DNA of 64,000 bases from Lophium mytilinum (lineage: Eukaryota), in contig MU004181.1 in assembly GCA_010093605.1 (NCBI GenBank), forward strand, positions 868,001 through 932,000. Direction: 5' to 3'. Shown here piece after piece: positions 1 through 12,632 of this stretch. Made by a program: the position numbers and the translations under genes. The notes below the pieces were generated by a model. It did not search any database. It was given only the letters and a program-made list of their open reading frames with translations, and was not told the DNA's origin. Positions within the stretch are counted from its first letter, which is position 1. Each line of letters begins with the position of its first letter.

Positions 1-1721
1 CCGAGCCTAGTGACTCTTTCATTTACCACCAGCCAGGACAGCATCTGACCACCGCCGACGGAGAAGTGCCCACTGCTCTAGCTCCACTCCCACCGCCTAG
101 TGACGAAAGATCGGAACTGAAGCAGGCTATGTTGACTGATCTCTTTGCCGATCAGTCCAGGACCGATTTCTCAAACCATCCTGCCATCAAAGAGCTGTCT
201 GGTTCTGATTTAGACATGCCTATTGATAATACCGCAAATACGGCATTACACTGGGCTGCTACTCTAGCTCGCGTGTCGCTTATGCGACTGCTTGTCTCCA
301 AGGGCGCCAACATGTTCAGGGGCAATGCTGCTGGCCAGACCCCGCTCATGAGCGCTGTCCTGGTAAACAACAGTCTTGACCACAATAGCTTTCCTGAAAC
401 GCTGGAAATTCTAGCACCTCTCATAGAGTTGAGAGACGCTCAAGGCCGAACTATTCTCCATCATATTGCCGTCACATGTGCCATCAAGGGTCGCGCTGCA
501 TCAAGCAAGTACTACCTCGAAGCGCTTCTGGAATACCTCGTCCGAAGTAATACCGGTTCAAACAGTCAGTCAAACTCTTTCGACGGGAGCGGCAATTTAA
601 CAACGAAGCCAATAGGCCTGATGAGATTCATGCAAGAAATGGTCAATGCCAGAGACAAAGGCGGTAACACAGCCCTGAATCTTGTAGCACGCATCGGGAA
701 TCGTAGTATCATCTCGCAATTGATGGAAGTCCAGGCGGACCCCACGATACCGAATTACAAGGGCATGAGACCTATTGACTTTGGCGTGGGAAGCGAACTG
801 GAACGCCCAGATCCGCCGTCCATGAGCCAGATGAGTTCGCCAAGCAAAAGCAAGGCACCATTGAGTAAGGTTGAGGAAACGAGCAGAGAGATGCTACCGC
901 GTAAGTACTCCCTGAACCATGTACCACTTGATTGCCAGGCTCTCTTTGAGCGACTCTCCACAGAGACTGAAATACTAACATTCATCGCAGTCTTTCAATC
1001 CTTCCTTTCGCAAGCATCGACTCAATACAACCAAGAATCTCGACTAAAACAAGACGCCATAGACCGCTTGAACGAATCTATAGCGCAACAATCCGCGCTA
1101 CAGAAATCCGAATCGCTCCACCTCGACAACCTCCGCCAGAATCTGCGTGCTCGAACTGATCGCTCCCAACGAATAGTAAACCTCCGGCGCTGGGTAGATG
1201 CACAGCGACGCATGCTCATTCTCGCCGACCCTGCGGGCTTGCAGGGTGCTAACAAGATCCGGGTGGGCGACGCAGACGATCAGGGCGCGGGCGTCTCTAT
1301 CCGTCTCGAAGCCCTACCTGAGACGGCGAAGAGCGCGAGTAGGAGTTTGAATCTTCCGCCGTCATCGTCAACCGACTTTCTCAAGATCCCGCCGCTGCCA
1401 CTAGATGCGTCTAACATGTCTGCCGAGCAACATAACTACCTCTCTCGCTTACCAAGCGCGGCTGTGCTCCGCAGTAAACTGGAATTATATGTCGAAAACA
1501 ATTCCAGTCTCGCTGAGCGCAGCAAAAACCTGAAGAGAACGAACGGCGAGCTGGGGGTTACGTATCGCAAAGTTGTGTCGCTGTGCGCCGGCGTCGCAGT
1601 GGCAGATGTAGACGCAAAACTGACCTCGCTGATTGCAGCCATTGAGAGCGAGGAGGGCGACGCGATTGATCTGGGGCGCGTGAAGGAGTTTTTGAGGAAA
1701 GTTGAAGGGGTTGAAGGCTAA
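1..1721 (+). CDS. swi6: MBF/SBF cell-cycle transcription factor subunit, Cdc10/Swi6-type ankyrin protein (5' partial)
   Basis: Ankyrin motifs TALHWAATLA, GQTPLMSAV and GNTALNLVARIG; RTILHHIAVTCAIKGRAASSKYYLE resembles Cdc10/Swi6; C-terminal YRKVVSLC..LIAAIESE. The frame appears to extend to the window edge; probable 90-nt intron 901-990 (GTAAGT..TACTAAC..GCAG). Confidence 0.85.
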   Translation, partial: EPSDSFIYHQPGQHLTTADGEVPTALAPLPPPSDERSELKQAMLTDLFADQSRTDFSNHPAIKELSGSDLDMPIDNTANTALHWAATLARVSLMRLLVSKGANMFRGNAAGQTPLMSAVLVNNSLDHNSFPETLEILAPLIELRDAQGRTILHHIAVTCAIKGRAASSKYYLEALLEYLVRSNTGSNSQSNSFDGSGNLTTKPIGLMRFMQEMVNARDKGGNTALNLVARIGNRSIISQLMEVQADPTIPNYKGMRPIDFGVGSELERPDPPSMSQMSSPSKSKAPLSKVEETSREMLPRKYSLNHVPLDCQALFERLSTETEILTFIAVFQSFLSQASTQYNQESRLKQDAIDRLNESIAQQSALQKSESLHLDNLRQNLRARTDRSQRIVNLRRWVDAQRRMLILADPAGLQGANKIRVGDADDQGAGVSIRLEALPETAKSASRSLNLPPSSSTDFLKIPPLPLDASNMSAEQHNYLSRLPSAAVLRSKLELYVENNSSLAERSKNLKRTNGELGVTYRKVVSLCAGVAVADVDAKLTSLIAAIESEEGDAIDLGRVKEFLRKVEGVEG

Positions 1722-2678
1722 TCATGCCTCAGTTTCTCCACTCGATTCGATGCGCTTTTGTCTCGGATGTATCGCTCCGTGCTCCGTGAGCTGCAACGGG
1801 TAGGCTGGTTCTGTGTTATGATCCTTTTGTTGCTTTGTTCGTGGGGGGCAGGATCTGCTCCTTTGGATATCCAGGGCTTGCATACTGGCGTTCACTGCTG
1901 CGTTCCATTTTGTGGGATTGCCTTGGTTGTACGGGTTTATGACTACTTCTCTAATGTCTTTATTTCCTGCGATCCACTAACGACTGCTTGGATCTGAATG
2001 AAGCATGACCTGTTGGTGTATTGTACTTGTGTATAATTTGGGAAGAAGAGAGGGAGACGCAGTGATCACATAGGCCGCCTTTTGGCTATCAATGCTCTTG
2101 AAATTATATGCATCACAAGTCCCTTTCAGTGGCGATGAATGTCCCAAATAAGGTAAAAATTGATAGTTGAAATGGTAATGCTTTGAATGCCCTAAACTCG
2201 CGACGAGCTACTCAGGCCAGACTTTTCCGGGTCTGATAGAAAATCGGGTGGAACAGATCGTAATCAAAGGCAAATACCAGACATCCTTGATCTAGATCTC
2301 AACCACCCTGTCAAGTACACATATTTCGGCATACCCTAAACAGACACCCGAGCGGGGAGCTTCGAAGTAGCGGAGACACCGAAAACAAATTTCGTCCTCA
2401 CTCTCTGATGCAGGTCTTCTGATCATGTGCATCCCGGCATTCCAGCGAATAATCCCATCCATGTACCTTTGTGTGGCAAGTCTGCCGAGACTTGCCCCGC
2501 GACAACCCCGCCCACGCGTCGAGAGGGGTGTTTGGCGTCACTCCACTATGGAAAAACAAGCTCCCTTTCACCCACCGTTTTTAATGGAGCAAGCCCCTCT
2601 AAAGAAGACAAGGACCCAAGCAAATGATCTCTCTGCTCCCGGAATAACATCGAACTGCAATTGCCTATCCTAACCAAA

Positions 2679-4661
2679 ATGTCAGGTTCGTACATACGAT
2701 ATGCCTAAATCTCTCCACAATCCTACCCCAGTCACAACAACATAAAACTACTCTTCCTTGAAGCATTCCACAAATTTTAAACTCATCGTGAACTAGCTGC
2801 ACACTTCCTCACCGACCCCACCCTCCTCGTCGCCACCGCCCTGCGCGCCTGCACCCTCACCAACCCCTCCCTGGCCCTCGACGCCGCCAACAAAATCCTC
2901 TACCGCCGCCCCTCGCCCTCCTCTTCCCACCCAACCGTCAGCGTCATCTCCGGCGGCGGCAGCGGCCACGAGCCCTCTTTCGCTTCTTTCGTCGGCCGCG
3001 GCCTGCTCGCCGCCGCCGTCGCCGGTACCATCTTCGCGTCCCCCAGCGCCGAGCAGATCCGCCGATGCATCTCCCGCCGCGTGGAGCGCGCGCAGGGCGT
3101 GCTGGTCGTCGTGATGAACTACACGGGCGACGTGCTGAACTTCGGGATGGCGGTTGAGAAAGCGAAAGCCGCGGGGGTGGCGGTCGAGATGGTGGTTGTG
3201 GGGGACGACGTGGGTGTCGGGCGGAAAGCTGGGGGGAAGGTGGGACGTCGGGGTATCGCGGGAACGGTGCTGGTGCAGAAGATTGCGGGGGCGTTGGCGG
3301 CGCAAGGAGTAGGGTTAGAAGAGGTGTATCGTACTGCGCAGTTGGTGGCGGGGGGGTTGGTGAGTATTGGGGCGAGCTTGGCGCATGTGCATGTGCCCGG
3401 GAGGAGTGTGGCGGAGGCGAGCGAGGAGGATTTGAAGGAGGGAGAGGTGGAGATTGGGATGGGGATTCATAATGAGCCGGGGTCGGAGAGGAGGACGGAG
3501 ACGTTGCCGGGGTTGGTGAAGACGATGCTGGCGCATATGCTGGATGAGAAGGATGAGGATCGGAACTTTATGAAGATTCCGCCGGGCGAGGAGACGGTGC
3601 TTCTGGTGAATAATCTGGGAGGGGTGAGCCCGCTTGAGATGGGAGGTATTGTGAACGAAGTGGTTGAGCAGCTGGCGAAGGATTGGAAGATTCGGCCAGT
3701 GCGGATCCTCTCTGGGACGTACATGACGAGCCTGAATGGTCTAGGGTTCAGCATCAGTCTCTTAAAAATACGCGACACGGGATTGGGTAAAGGAAAGTCC
3801 ATGCTGGAGTTGCTGGACGCTCCAACAGAAGCCACTGGCTGGTCAGCAGCAGTTTCGCCAGAGACATGGAACGCGAGTTCCACTGCAACGCTAGGGGATG
3901 ACGAGGGCGACTCTGATGAAATTCAACCGAGTAACCTTAGTTGTAAGTTTGAACCCCCTCTTCGCTGTCTTATCAGCTGCTGAGTGGTTTTCAGTGGACC
4001 CTGCTCTTGCCAAAAAGGTTGTTATATCTGCATTAGAGAAAGTCATTGCGGCGGAGCCAGACGTGACAAACTATGACACGATTGTTGGCGACGGCGACTG
4101 CGGTATAGGCTTGAAACGAGGAGCTGAAGGTCAGTTTTGTGCACTGAATGACAGAATCAAGCTGACTAGAAGAAAGCCATCCTCAAAATGCTGGAGCGGG
4201 CAAAGAAGACGGACGATGCCGCGTTATTCCTCGACAACATCATCCAGGTCGTGGAAACCAGTATGGATGGGACGTCGGGGGCGATTTACGCAATCTTCCT
4301 AAACGCGCTTGCACACGGGCTCCGTGTGCAGTCTCCATCGTCTCCCACACCTGTTGACGTGAAGATATGGAGTAAAGCTTTGGAATCATCCCTCGAAGCG
4401 CTCAACAAATATACACCGGCACGACCAGGCGACCGGACTCTGATAGACGCGTTGTATCCTTTCGTGGGGACGCTTTCAAAAACAGGAGACGTCAAGTCCT
4501 CTGCACAGGCTGCAGAGGCTGGAGCAAAAGGGACGCGAGGTATGAAGGCAAGCCTAGGCCGGACGGTATACGTGGGAGGTGAAGGATGGCAGGGAGTTCC
4601 CGATCCAGGCGCACACGGATTAGCAGAGATATTGACCGGGCTTAGCGAAGGGTTTGATTGA
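2679..4661 (+). CDS. dak1: Dihydroxyacetone kinase (DAK1+DAK2 domains)
   Basis: ATG at 2679, intron 2686-2796, then ISGGGSGHEP, GTIFASPS, NYTGDVLNFG, GRRGIAGT, EIGMGIHNEPG, GDGDCG, MDGTSGAIY and PDPGA; further introns near 3943-3995 and 4130-4177. Confidence 0.95.
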
Positions 4662-4965
4662 TCTTCGGGAGTGGTCTAGGTCCCGCACTACGTACTGCAG
4701 GCCCGGATATGTAACATTAGTGTCTCGTAGGCATACTTTCTTCGAAAACGCCTCAGAAGTATATCTGCTCGGTTAGAGCCTTATTTGTTACCATTCAACT
4801 GAGGGGCAACATTTCGTGCCAGGAATCTGAAGGGGTAAAAGTCATGATCGTGATATTGGTATCCACGTCATCTGCACTTGTGGCTGCTGCTCAGCCCCGA
4901 ACGCCAATCCGCTGTATTTTGACCCAAGAAAGCCGAATGAACCCCGCCTGATATCCACCTCCAGT

Positions 4966-5649
4966 TCAGCTCAACAGAACCAAGATGACCGAATCTCCGC
5001 GAAGGAACCTATGCAGTGTCAGTTATGAGCGCGTTACGTTTGATGTCCTCCTCGTCCTCAATATTCTTGTCGCTGTCGCCTCTCCATCTCGCTCTCTCAT
5101 TTTAATCACCATCTTCAGCAGCCCCAGGATTCCTCTGCACACCACCTCAATACCACTAGCACAGCCTCCGGGGGGAAATTGAAGGGGGGAAGAAATATGG
5201 ACAGAGAATGACCTACATTTTGCTGATGAACCTGTCCTTGTTGACTGGCCTTCCTTTTTTACCCGACGCGAGCTTGGGGTGCTCCGTCCACATCTCCTTC
5301 ACATTCTCTAGCACCATATTGCAATGTCGGTCGAAGGCCTTGACTCGTGCGAGGAGCTTGCGGTTGTTGCGACAGGATATTAGGACCTGGGTGCGCGATC
5401 GCACGGCCGTTTGGAGAATCGAGAGAGGTCCGTTGCTGAACTCATGCTCTTCTAGTTGCGCGATCTCGTATTCGCTATCTCGAGAGTCAGCGTGTTGCTG
5501 GTGGGGGTTTGAAGCATTATGTCTAGGCAGATACTGAGGTGGACGTACGTGAGGTCTGAGCGCGGCTTGTTGAGCAGCTCCCTGTGTCTAATTAGCGATA
5601 TACCTGATAATTTGGACAGCTCCGGTACCTACTGGATTTTGTCCGACAT
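4966..5649 (-). CDS. smd2: Small nuclear ribonucleoprotein Sm D2
   Basis: Four exons spell [86 protein letters not shown]. Confidence 0.95.
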
Positions 5650-5914
5650 GTTGAGCGTAGGAGTGCAGTGCAGTTGTTGTGGATAGAGCTCGATGTGAAG
5701 CGGGCGCAGTTGAAGTTTGGCCCGCTGCCCGCAGAAACGTTTTTCCACTAGCGTTGTGGCACGTGCTCACGCTCTTCAAGATGTGGACCGTGATGCTCTC
5801 GTCTCGTCTTCACGAATCGACAGGGACATAACACGCCAATTACCGCCCTTCTCGCCCGGAAAGCACGCCTCGAGCTTCAGGGAAAGTCGACACTTCTAGC
5901 AAGACGCCCAATTG

Positions 5915-6021
5915 CTCGCGAACCCACGCGCTTTCACCTGTTGCATCGCGATATCTGCCCTAGACGCGCCGACTCGCGATGTCCATGCCAGCCTCCCGCT
6001 TTGACATATAGTGCCGCGTAT
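5915..6021. promoter_or_regulatory. Cluster of CGCG (MCB/SCB-like) cores in the smd2-ams2 divergent promoter
   Basis: Six CGCG cores (TCGCGAA, ACGCGC, TCGCGA, ACGCGC, TCGCGA, CCGCGTA) within ~105 bp just upstream of the ams2 ATG. Confidence 0.4.
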
Positions 6022-6089
6022 CCTCCACCCGACTCTCCACGACGTTCCTTACCTTCCACACTGGCCGTTCTCAACACCCACCACCGGCC

Positions 6090-9000
6090 ATGTCCTCTCC
6101 GCCCTCACTTCGAGGGCATGAAACGCCTCAGCCGATGCTGCCGTCGGTTGGTTTTGATGAAGATGAGGATGCCGCCGATGATATACCCCGGAGATTGATG
6201 CGAGGTTAGAGTTCTCTACAGCCGGACTCTATGAATAACACTGATTCCGGTTGCCACTATAGTCAAAGTCCTTTACACGTTCGACGACCAGAACCAATCG
6301 AACTGCCTCGCGCGGCTACCCAGCGCGTTGAACATCCCGACAGTTTCCCTGGATGAGAACACGCAGGTTGGGGTCATAGAACTGAAGACTTGTATTCAGG
6401 CTATAGTCACTGCTAGGTAGGCAGCTAAATGATCTAGACTCGCGTCATCATACCGCGGTGTGATCCTCCGGACGACTGCTGACCCCCGTGATACAGCCCC
6501 GAATTAGTTGCAAAGCTCGGACATGACTACACGGTGTACGCCTACGACTTCTCCGAATATGAAACTCCCCTCGTTGGTCAAGGAATGCTCTCCTGGATCT
6601 TGGCATCTACATCATCTACCCCTAATGCCCCGGCAAACCAATCGAATACCATGGTGACAGGCCGTGTCTGCAAGAACTTGCTAGGCTTATTTTCCAACGG
6701 CATCAAGGAGACTCTGGAGGTGAAGCTCAAACTAGTGCCTGTCCCTACGTGCCTGCAAAGCGAATATGTGGAGAATATGGAAAAGTATCGCAGCCTGAGT
6801 AAGATACTGCCGGAAGGTTTCGATTACAACTCGTGGGTAGAGTTTCTCAAGGCCAATCCGGGTATTGGGAAATTGGCCGGACCAGGCGCCAGCTTCTCAC
6901 CACAAGCAGACCAACGTGCCAACATGGGAGGCGTGGAGTCCATACACCAGATGCTCACACGAACCATATCCCCGAGTGATGATGGCAGGGGCAACGGGTA
7001 TACGTACCGAGATGAAGAGTCATATAGCACTTTAGGCAGCAGAGCAGGGAGTCCGACGCCGAGCATGCAGTCCTGCTCTGCTCTTCAACAAATCATTCAA
7101 GAAGCTGGATCTCGCCCAGTCTCAAGGACATCGATCACAACCGACAGACCACCTTTGTCGCGGCAGCAATCCTACCATTCCGAAATGCAACAAGAACAGA
7201 TAGATGATGGACCGGCCAGGAAACGAGCGCGTGTCACAAAGGTGTCGCGACCGGGCAGATCGTCCTTCGGTATCGCTAGTGATTCGCTCCGTGTTACTGC
7301 AAGTACTGCTGCATCAGTCCGGCTCCATCGCCCCATTCCTTCTTATCCTTCCAGCATAGCGAACTCCATAGAACCACCACCTCGCGCTCCCACCCCTCGT
7401 CCAGGAGAAAAAAATCCTACATATCTCCGTCATACTCGCCCGCCAGCTCCAAGTGCTTTGAGGCGCGGGTCACTGGGCAACCAGCATACCCGATATGTGT
7501 CACCCTATGCAGGTAATAGTCCATACTCCGACGCTGTTGACTCAGCAGATGAAGACCAAGGCGGTAGCTCAGGCGAGACACCCATGGAGTTTCCCTCCTC
7601 CCCTCCACTTTTGCCACAGGGCCACAATTCGCCTGCCCCTTCTAGTCCTGGACTTCCCACCCTCCCTTACCCGGCTGATTCTGGTTTTGTAAGCGACAAC
7701 GTAATGGATCGCGAAGATGAAGTCGGCAGAAAGAGACGCGATAGTGAGGTATCTCATCAAGCTCGTTCGGTAGGGCAAAACACTAATGGTAGGACTTTCT
7801 CCCATCACCCTTGGCAGGAGGACACTCCAGGACCCTTGGAGCCATTGTCCAAACGAATGCCGACAAACCGTACGAACTCATTAACTGTCGAATCTGAAAT
7901 ATCCGGAAATACCAACCGCGGTAGCGCACCAACGCCGCCTACTACGGAGCAAAACGTTGCACTGAATCAATCGTTCATGGAGGACCAGCTTGTCACCGCG
8001 TTAATACAATCCGCCTCAGCCGAAAATCTTGTGGAACCTCAGCTCCTTGGCCTAGAAAACCCACAAGCTCACCCTCGATCCGAAAGCTGCGTTCAATTCG
8101 ATAATTATTCTCAATTCCAAAACCCTTCACCATTCGAGAACCCTGTCCCACCCGAGAATCCCGCTCCACCATCACGAAAGAGGTCTCGTCCAACCAAAGG
8201 AAGAACTCTTCCCCGCTCCCAGACTTGGTCTGGTAGTCAACCTCTATCTGACGCGCCCGCAACGTTCACCGGCGAGGAGAATGGTCCAGCACTACCTCGC
8301 AGCGGTACTGGGCGGTCCCGCAAGAAGAACATCCAGGATAAAGCGGCGTCTGCGATTGCGGCAGGGCTTATGCCCACATTTTGCAGCAACTGTGGAGAGA
8401 TTGAAACCTCCACCTGGCGGAAGGCTTACGCCAGAATAGAGAGCGGCTCCCCCGAAGACCATAGCCTTGCTTCGGCTGCTAAAGAGGGCATTGTTGGCTT
8501 TGAGATGATGGACGCAGGGGAAGGCGAAGATGCACAGCCCAAGTACCGTATCTTCAAGCAGTCTGTATCTGTGGACGAGCAGGATCTGAAGGGCTTCGAA
8601 GTACTGATGCTCTGCAATCCGTGTGGACTCTGGTTCAACAAAAGGGGCAGCATGCGCCCGCAAGAAATATGGACGAAGCAAGCTGTGGATCCCGCGAACA
8701 AGCCTAAGAGAAAGAGGAATAGACCCAACAGGGGTAATCAAGACAAGAAGTCTCAAGACCAGGATGCGATTATGTCCGATGCCATACAGGAGCCTTTTTC
8801 GGCGGGATTCACGGACTCAATCATACCGAGCGATGGCGTTCAGGCCTTCCCTTCTCAGCCCCCTGCGGAAGCAAACGATGCTTCTAGAAGCACAATGCCG
8901 ACTTCTCTGGACGGAGCGATGGAAGCTGATGGACCTACTGACGAAACTGGCGCGTCGAACCAGATGGATGGAGCTGTCGCAGAAGCCGCGTTGCTGAGAG

Positions 9001-9914
9001 CCATCCAGTCTAGCCCGGTAAGATTTCACGGCACTAAACATAGCCCGATCAATCTAGAATCAGATCTCACGCCTAAGCCGACAAGACGTGTTCTTTTCCC
9101 ATCTCCCAGGAAGGAAGGCGAGATCAGGACATTGAGTGATTGTCCCGCTACAACGTCACCGACGCCGAAGGACGTTACTTCGAGCCCTACAGAGGGATCC
9201 GTCGCACCAGGTACTCAGCCAGACAATGCGGAAGATTTTGACAAAGAGAACTGCCCACCGCCGCCAGACGAGCACGATGATCTTGCCCATCTGTTCGAGG
9301 AGATGGATCACGCTATTCAGGGAACTCCTAAAAGTGGACATTCGTTCTCAGATCTCCTGAAGACACCCACTCCTAAGTCGGGAAGACAATCAGGGACACC
9401 AAGGCGCAGCCAGAACGACGCGGCGATCCTAACCACCCCTTCTCGTAGTTCACGAGTCGGGGCGCTCGCGCCTTTGACTCCCTTTACAGCTCAATTGAAT
9501 GCAATAATGTCTGGAGGCATCACTGGGTCATCGCCTTTGCAATTACAGTCCGTTGATTATCAGGATCTTGGGATTTTCGATACGCCAGGAAGAAGGTCAA
9601 GCACTATCCAATTCACTGACTGGACCAACGACGACTTTCTCAGCAGCGACTTGCCTATGCCCAGCTCACCGCCTGGGGGCTTGTTCTCACTTTATGAGGA
9701 TCCGGCTACTTCTACGCTCGGCATATGGGATGGGACGTCAATATTTGGAAGTAGTGATTCCACTCAGCAAGATTCTGCTCTAGGACAGGGAGCAGGGTCC
9801 AAAGGACAAGAACGATTGGATCTATCTGCGATGATTGAAGAGGTCGCGGGCACAGCAATGAAGTGCGAGGATGATCAGCCTACGAATAACGCCCAAGCGA
9901 CTACTGATGCATGA
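6090..9914 (+). CDS. ams2: Ams2/Spt21-family GATA transcription factor
   Basis: ATG 6090; two introns (~6205-6261, ~6417-6496) give the N-terminal MRVKVLYTFDDQN..ASPELV..DYTVYAYDFSEYETPLVGQG domain; GATA finger halves FCSNCGEIETSTWRK and LCNPCGLWF. Confidence 0.85.
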
Positions 9915-11186
9915 TTTCTTTTGGTACCATCACGATTCACGAAGCGTATTGTGCTGCATTTGGGAGGAGTTGGGATCGTTTAGCATGGATGGCGGTCTGA
10001 CGTTTCAAGGAACTTCAGAGCTCATCGTGAGACGGTTATGGATTTCGTGCATACACGATGAATGATGCACTGAGCCTTCGTAGCCACGTATGTGTTTATA
10101 GTTTCTGATGGAAAGAGCCTTCGCATGGCAAGTATTCACGAATTCTTTCCCTGAATGATACATGTGACGTTTTGTAAAGAAAGCTTGCGATGCTCACGTA
10201 ATGCAATTTCTTAGCCTGATGTGGGTGGGCCGTTTGTAGGCTGGCGTGGTATCCGGGGCAACGTTCACAACCACCCGTCTTCTCCATTATACATTGACTA
10301 GCGTGTGCTCTTCTGTTCCAGTTCTTTGCACCACAAGCCTGACTAAACTCGACACTCCGCTCAACTCCTCCTGTTCTAGCTACCTGGATCGCTCACTCTC
10401 TGCGAGTATCATGCGGCGACGAGAACCCACTCTCTTGACGTGTACCTACGCCGCTTGTTGCGAATTGCGTGACCTGGCTTCTTGTAAGTGTCTCTCCAAC
10501 CCATTTCAACTTGTCGCGATATCCTCCAAAGCCTGTCCAACTCTCCGTTCCCCGTTCGCAGTGACACCAAAGCAATCACGGCACGAGACGGACAGCAGCA
10601 TTAACGGCACGCAGGTACACCCGCAAGCAATTGAAGGCCCCCGATACGCTCTCCTGGCCCGACTCGACTGCTTCGGCGCCTGCAACCGGCAGCATGCATG
10701 GCCTATCCATTTTCTCAATTCACTAAACCTTCGCATACGCTAGGCTCCTCCTGTTCCCAATTCAAGAGCATGACCTATAGTGCCTACGGAGGTTTGTGTA
10801 ATACTCATTTGTCACTGCTCAGTTTGCGCCCGTCCTATTTCAAATCTCGGAGCCTGATCTCACTACACATTCCACATCTCACTTTCACAGAGATTCCACG
10901 GTTCCACGGTTCCAAGCTCGGCTCGCCAGGGACATCCACAAGACGTGCCTTCCCGAACTCCTCGCACCTGCCTTCCAAGGGTCACTCACCGACTTTGTAG
11001 GCCTCTGATTCCCGCACAGCCGATAACCAACTTCCCCCAGCCGGCCGCGATGGCGCGTTCCGGCGTTCCTGACCTTCACTTTGCACTAGCCTTTTCCACC
11101 CCACACCGTCGCTACATAACACCCTTGACACCACCATCCTCACGACACCTGCGCAACTGAGCCGCGATCGACATCTCCGAGTCAAC

Positions 11187-12632
11187 ATGAACAGAGCAGC
11201 AAAGGCACAGAGGGTGCGCCGCGCCCCGCAGCAGGACACACCACGACCAGCGAGAATGACCGCGAGCACCGTCGCGCCAGGCTTTGTGCCTGGATCTCTG
11301 GCCCTCTATGAAGGAAGGACGATGAGAACACGCGGCTTTGAGCGTGCCGTTCGCCAAACGTTCAGATTCCTCGACTTACCTGCCGAGATTCGGCTCATGG
11401 TTTACAGCCATGTCGTTAGCTTCAATGGAGTTAGCAGATATCTGATTGAGAAGGCCAAATACTTGTACTCAGGCATCGGTGCCCTTCCTGTCCTTTCGAC
11501 AACAACTCCAGGTCTGTTCCTGGTCTGCAGACAAATCGCTGCCGAACTTTGCGACGAAATTCGAAAGATTCCACTTGTTCTGACGAACATGTACGGAATC
11601 GAAGACCTCACTAAGGTCATCGCACCGGGCATTCTGCGCAACCTCCAGCACGTTACGATCTCAATCCATCAATTCGACGAAGACCAGTGCATCGTAGTCA
11701 ACATGAGATCCCTCGAGCGGATCGGCGAAGAGTTGAGCAGGATCTGGGAGTTTGGTGGCAACAGCTTGAAGAAGTTGACAATTCGAGTGGACGATGATCG
11801 GATTTCAACTCACTTCAAGCTTTGCCCGCCGACTGAATGCTATCTCCGCGACGAGATCGACATAGCACTAGACGCCTTCTCAACCTTACGAAACATCAAG
11901 GACGTCACATTCGAAGGCATCCTGTCAGACTTCGGTCACGCCGCGTACATTGCAAGCACTATGGAGATCCCGACTAACTACCGATTTATGGAACTCCCGC
12001 AGTCTATCCGCAAGCAAATCTACGAGTACGCCTTGGACTACGACGAGTCGATGGACGTCATGGATAAGGTCACAAAGCAGAAGGTGATCTTGCGCAGCCA
12101 CGCACGCAGAAGCAGGAACGCCGCCAAGATTCCCACGGAAAAGATCCGCCACGTGTACAGCCCTGCCATTCTCCGCCTGAACAAGACAATTAGGGCCGAG
12201 GCCATGGAAGTGCTCAACGAAAAGGGCCTCACTATCAGTGCAGCCCCACCAAAGAAGCACAGCATTACGGACTTCATTAGCGCCACGACGCTCCAGAACG
12301 TTCGCAAGCTCACCTTGAAGATCTGCGAAGAGACACTGGGACACTGGGATGAGTGGCGGAAGGTCAAGGTGGACCTAGGAAAGATCTTCCGAAAGGGAAA
12401 CTCTTTGGAGTCGGTCAAAATCTATGTGATCTACATGGAAGGCTCCCACCAGATTTCCGCGGTCTTCAGAAAGCTCTTCATGAACGACATCAAGGGGCAG
12501 TTCGCTCTTGGCGATGGTGTTATGATCGACCACTACCTTCACGGCGCTGTCAAGTCCCCAAACACTCGAGAACAGTCGAAGAAGCGACCCCGTGAGGACG
12601 AAGGCCCCAAGACAATGGATCATATCTGTTGA
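11187..12632 (+). CDS. Intronless protein with two tandem F-box-like repeats
   Basis: 481-aa ORF; FRFLDLPAEIRLMVY..PGLFLVCRQIAAE is repeated as YRFMELPQSIRKQIY..PAILRLNKTIRAEA. Confidence 0.65.
   Translation: MNRAAKAQRVRRAPQQDTPRPARMTASTVAPGFVPGSLALYEGRTMRTRGFERAVRQTFRFLDLPAEIRLMVYSHVVSFNGVSRYLIEKAKYLYSGIGALPVLSTTTPGLFLVCRQIAAELCDEIRKIPLVLTNMYGIEDLTKVIAPGILRNLQHVTISIHQFDEDQCIVVNMRSLERIGEELSRIWEFGGNSLKKLTIRVDDDRISTHFKLCPPTECYLRDEIDIALDAFSTLRNIKDVTFEGILSDFGHAAYIASTMEIPTNYRFMELPQSIRKQIYEYALDYDESMDVMDKVTKQKVILRSHARRSRNAAKIPTEKIRHVYSPAILRLNKTIRAEAMEVLNEKGLTISAAPPKKHSITDFISATTLQNVRKLTLKICEETLGHWDEWRKVKVDLGKIFRKGNSLESVKIYVIYMEGSHQISAVFRKLFMNDIKGQFALGDGVMIDHYLHGAVKSPNTREQSKKRPREDEGPKTMDHIC

Noticed and set aside
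5009..5214. Long smd2 intron as a snoRNA or stwintron host
   Set aside because: No box C/D pair with terminal stem, H/ACA layout or nested splice signals were recognisable.
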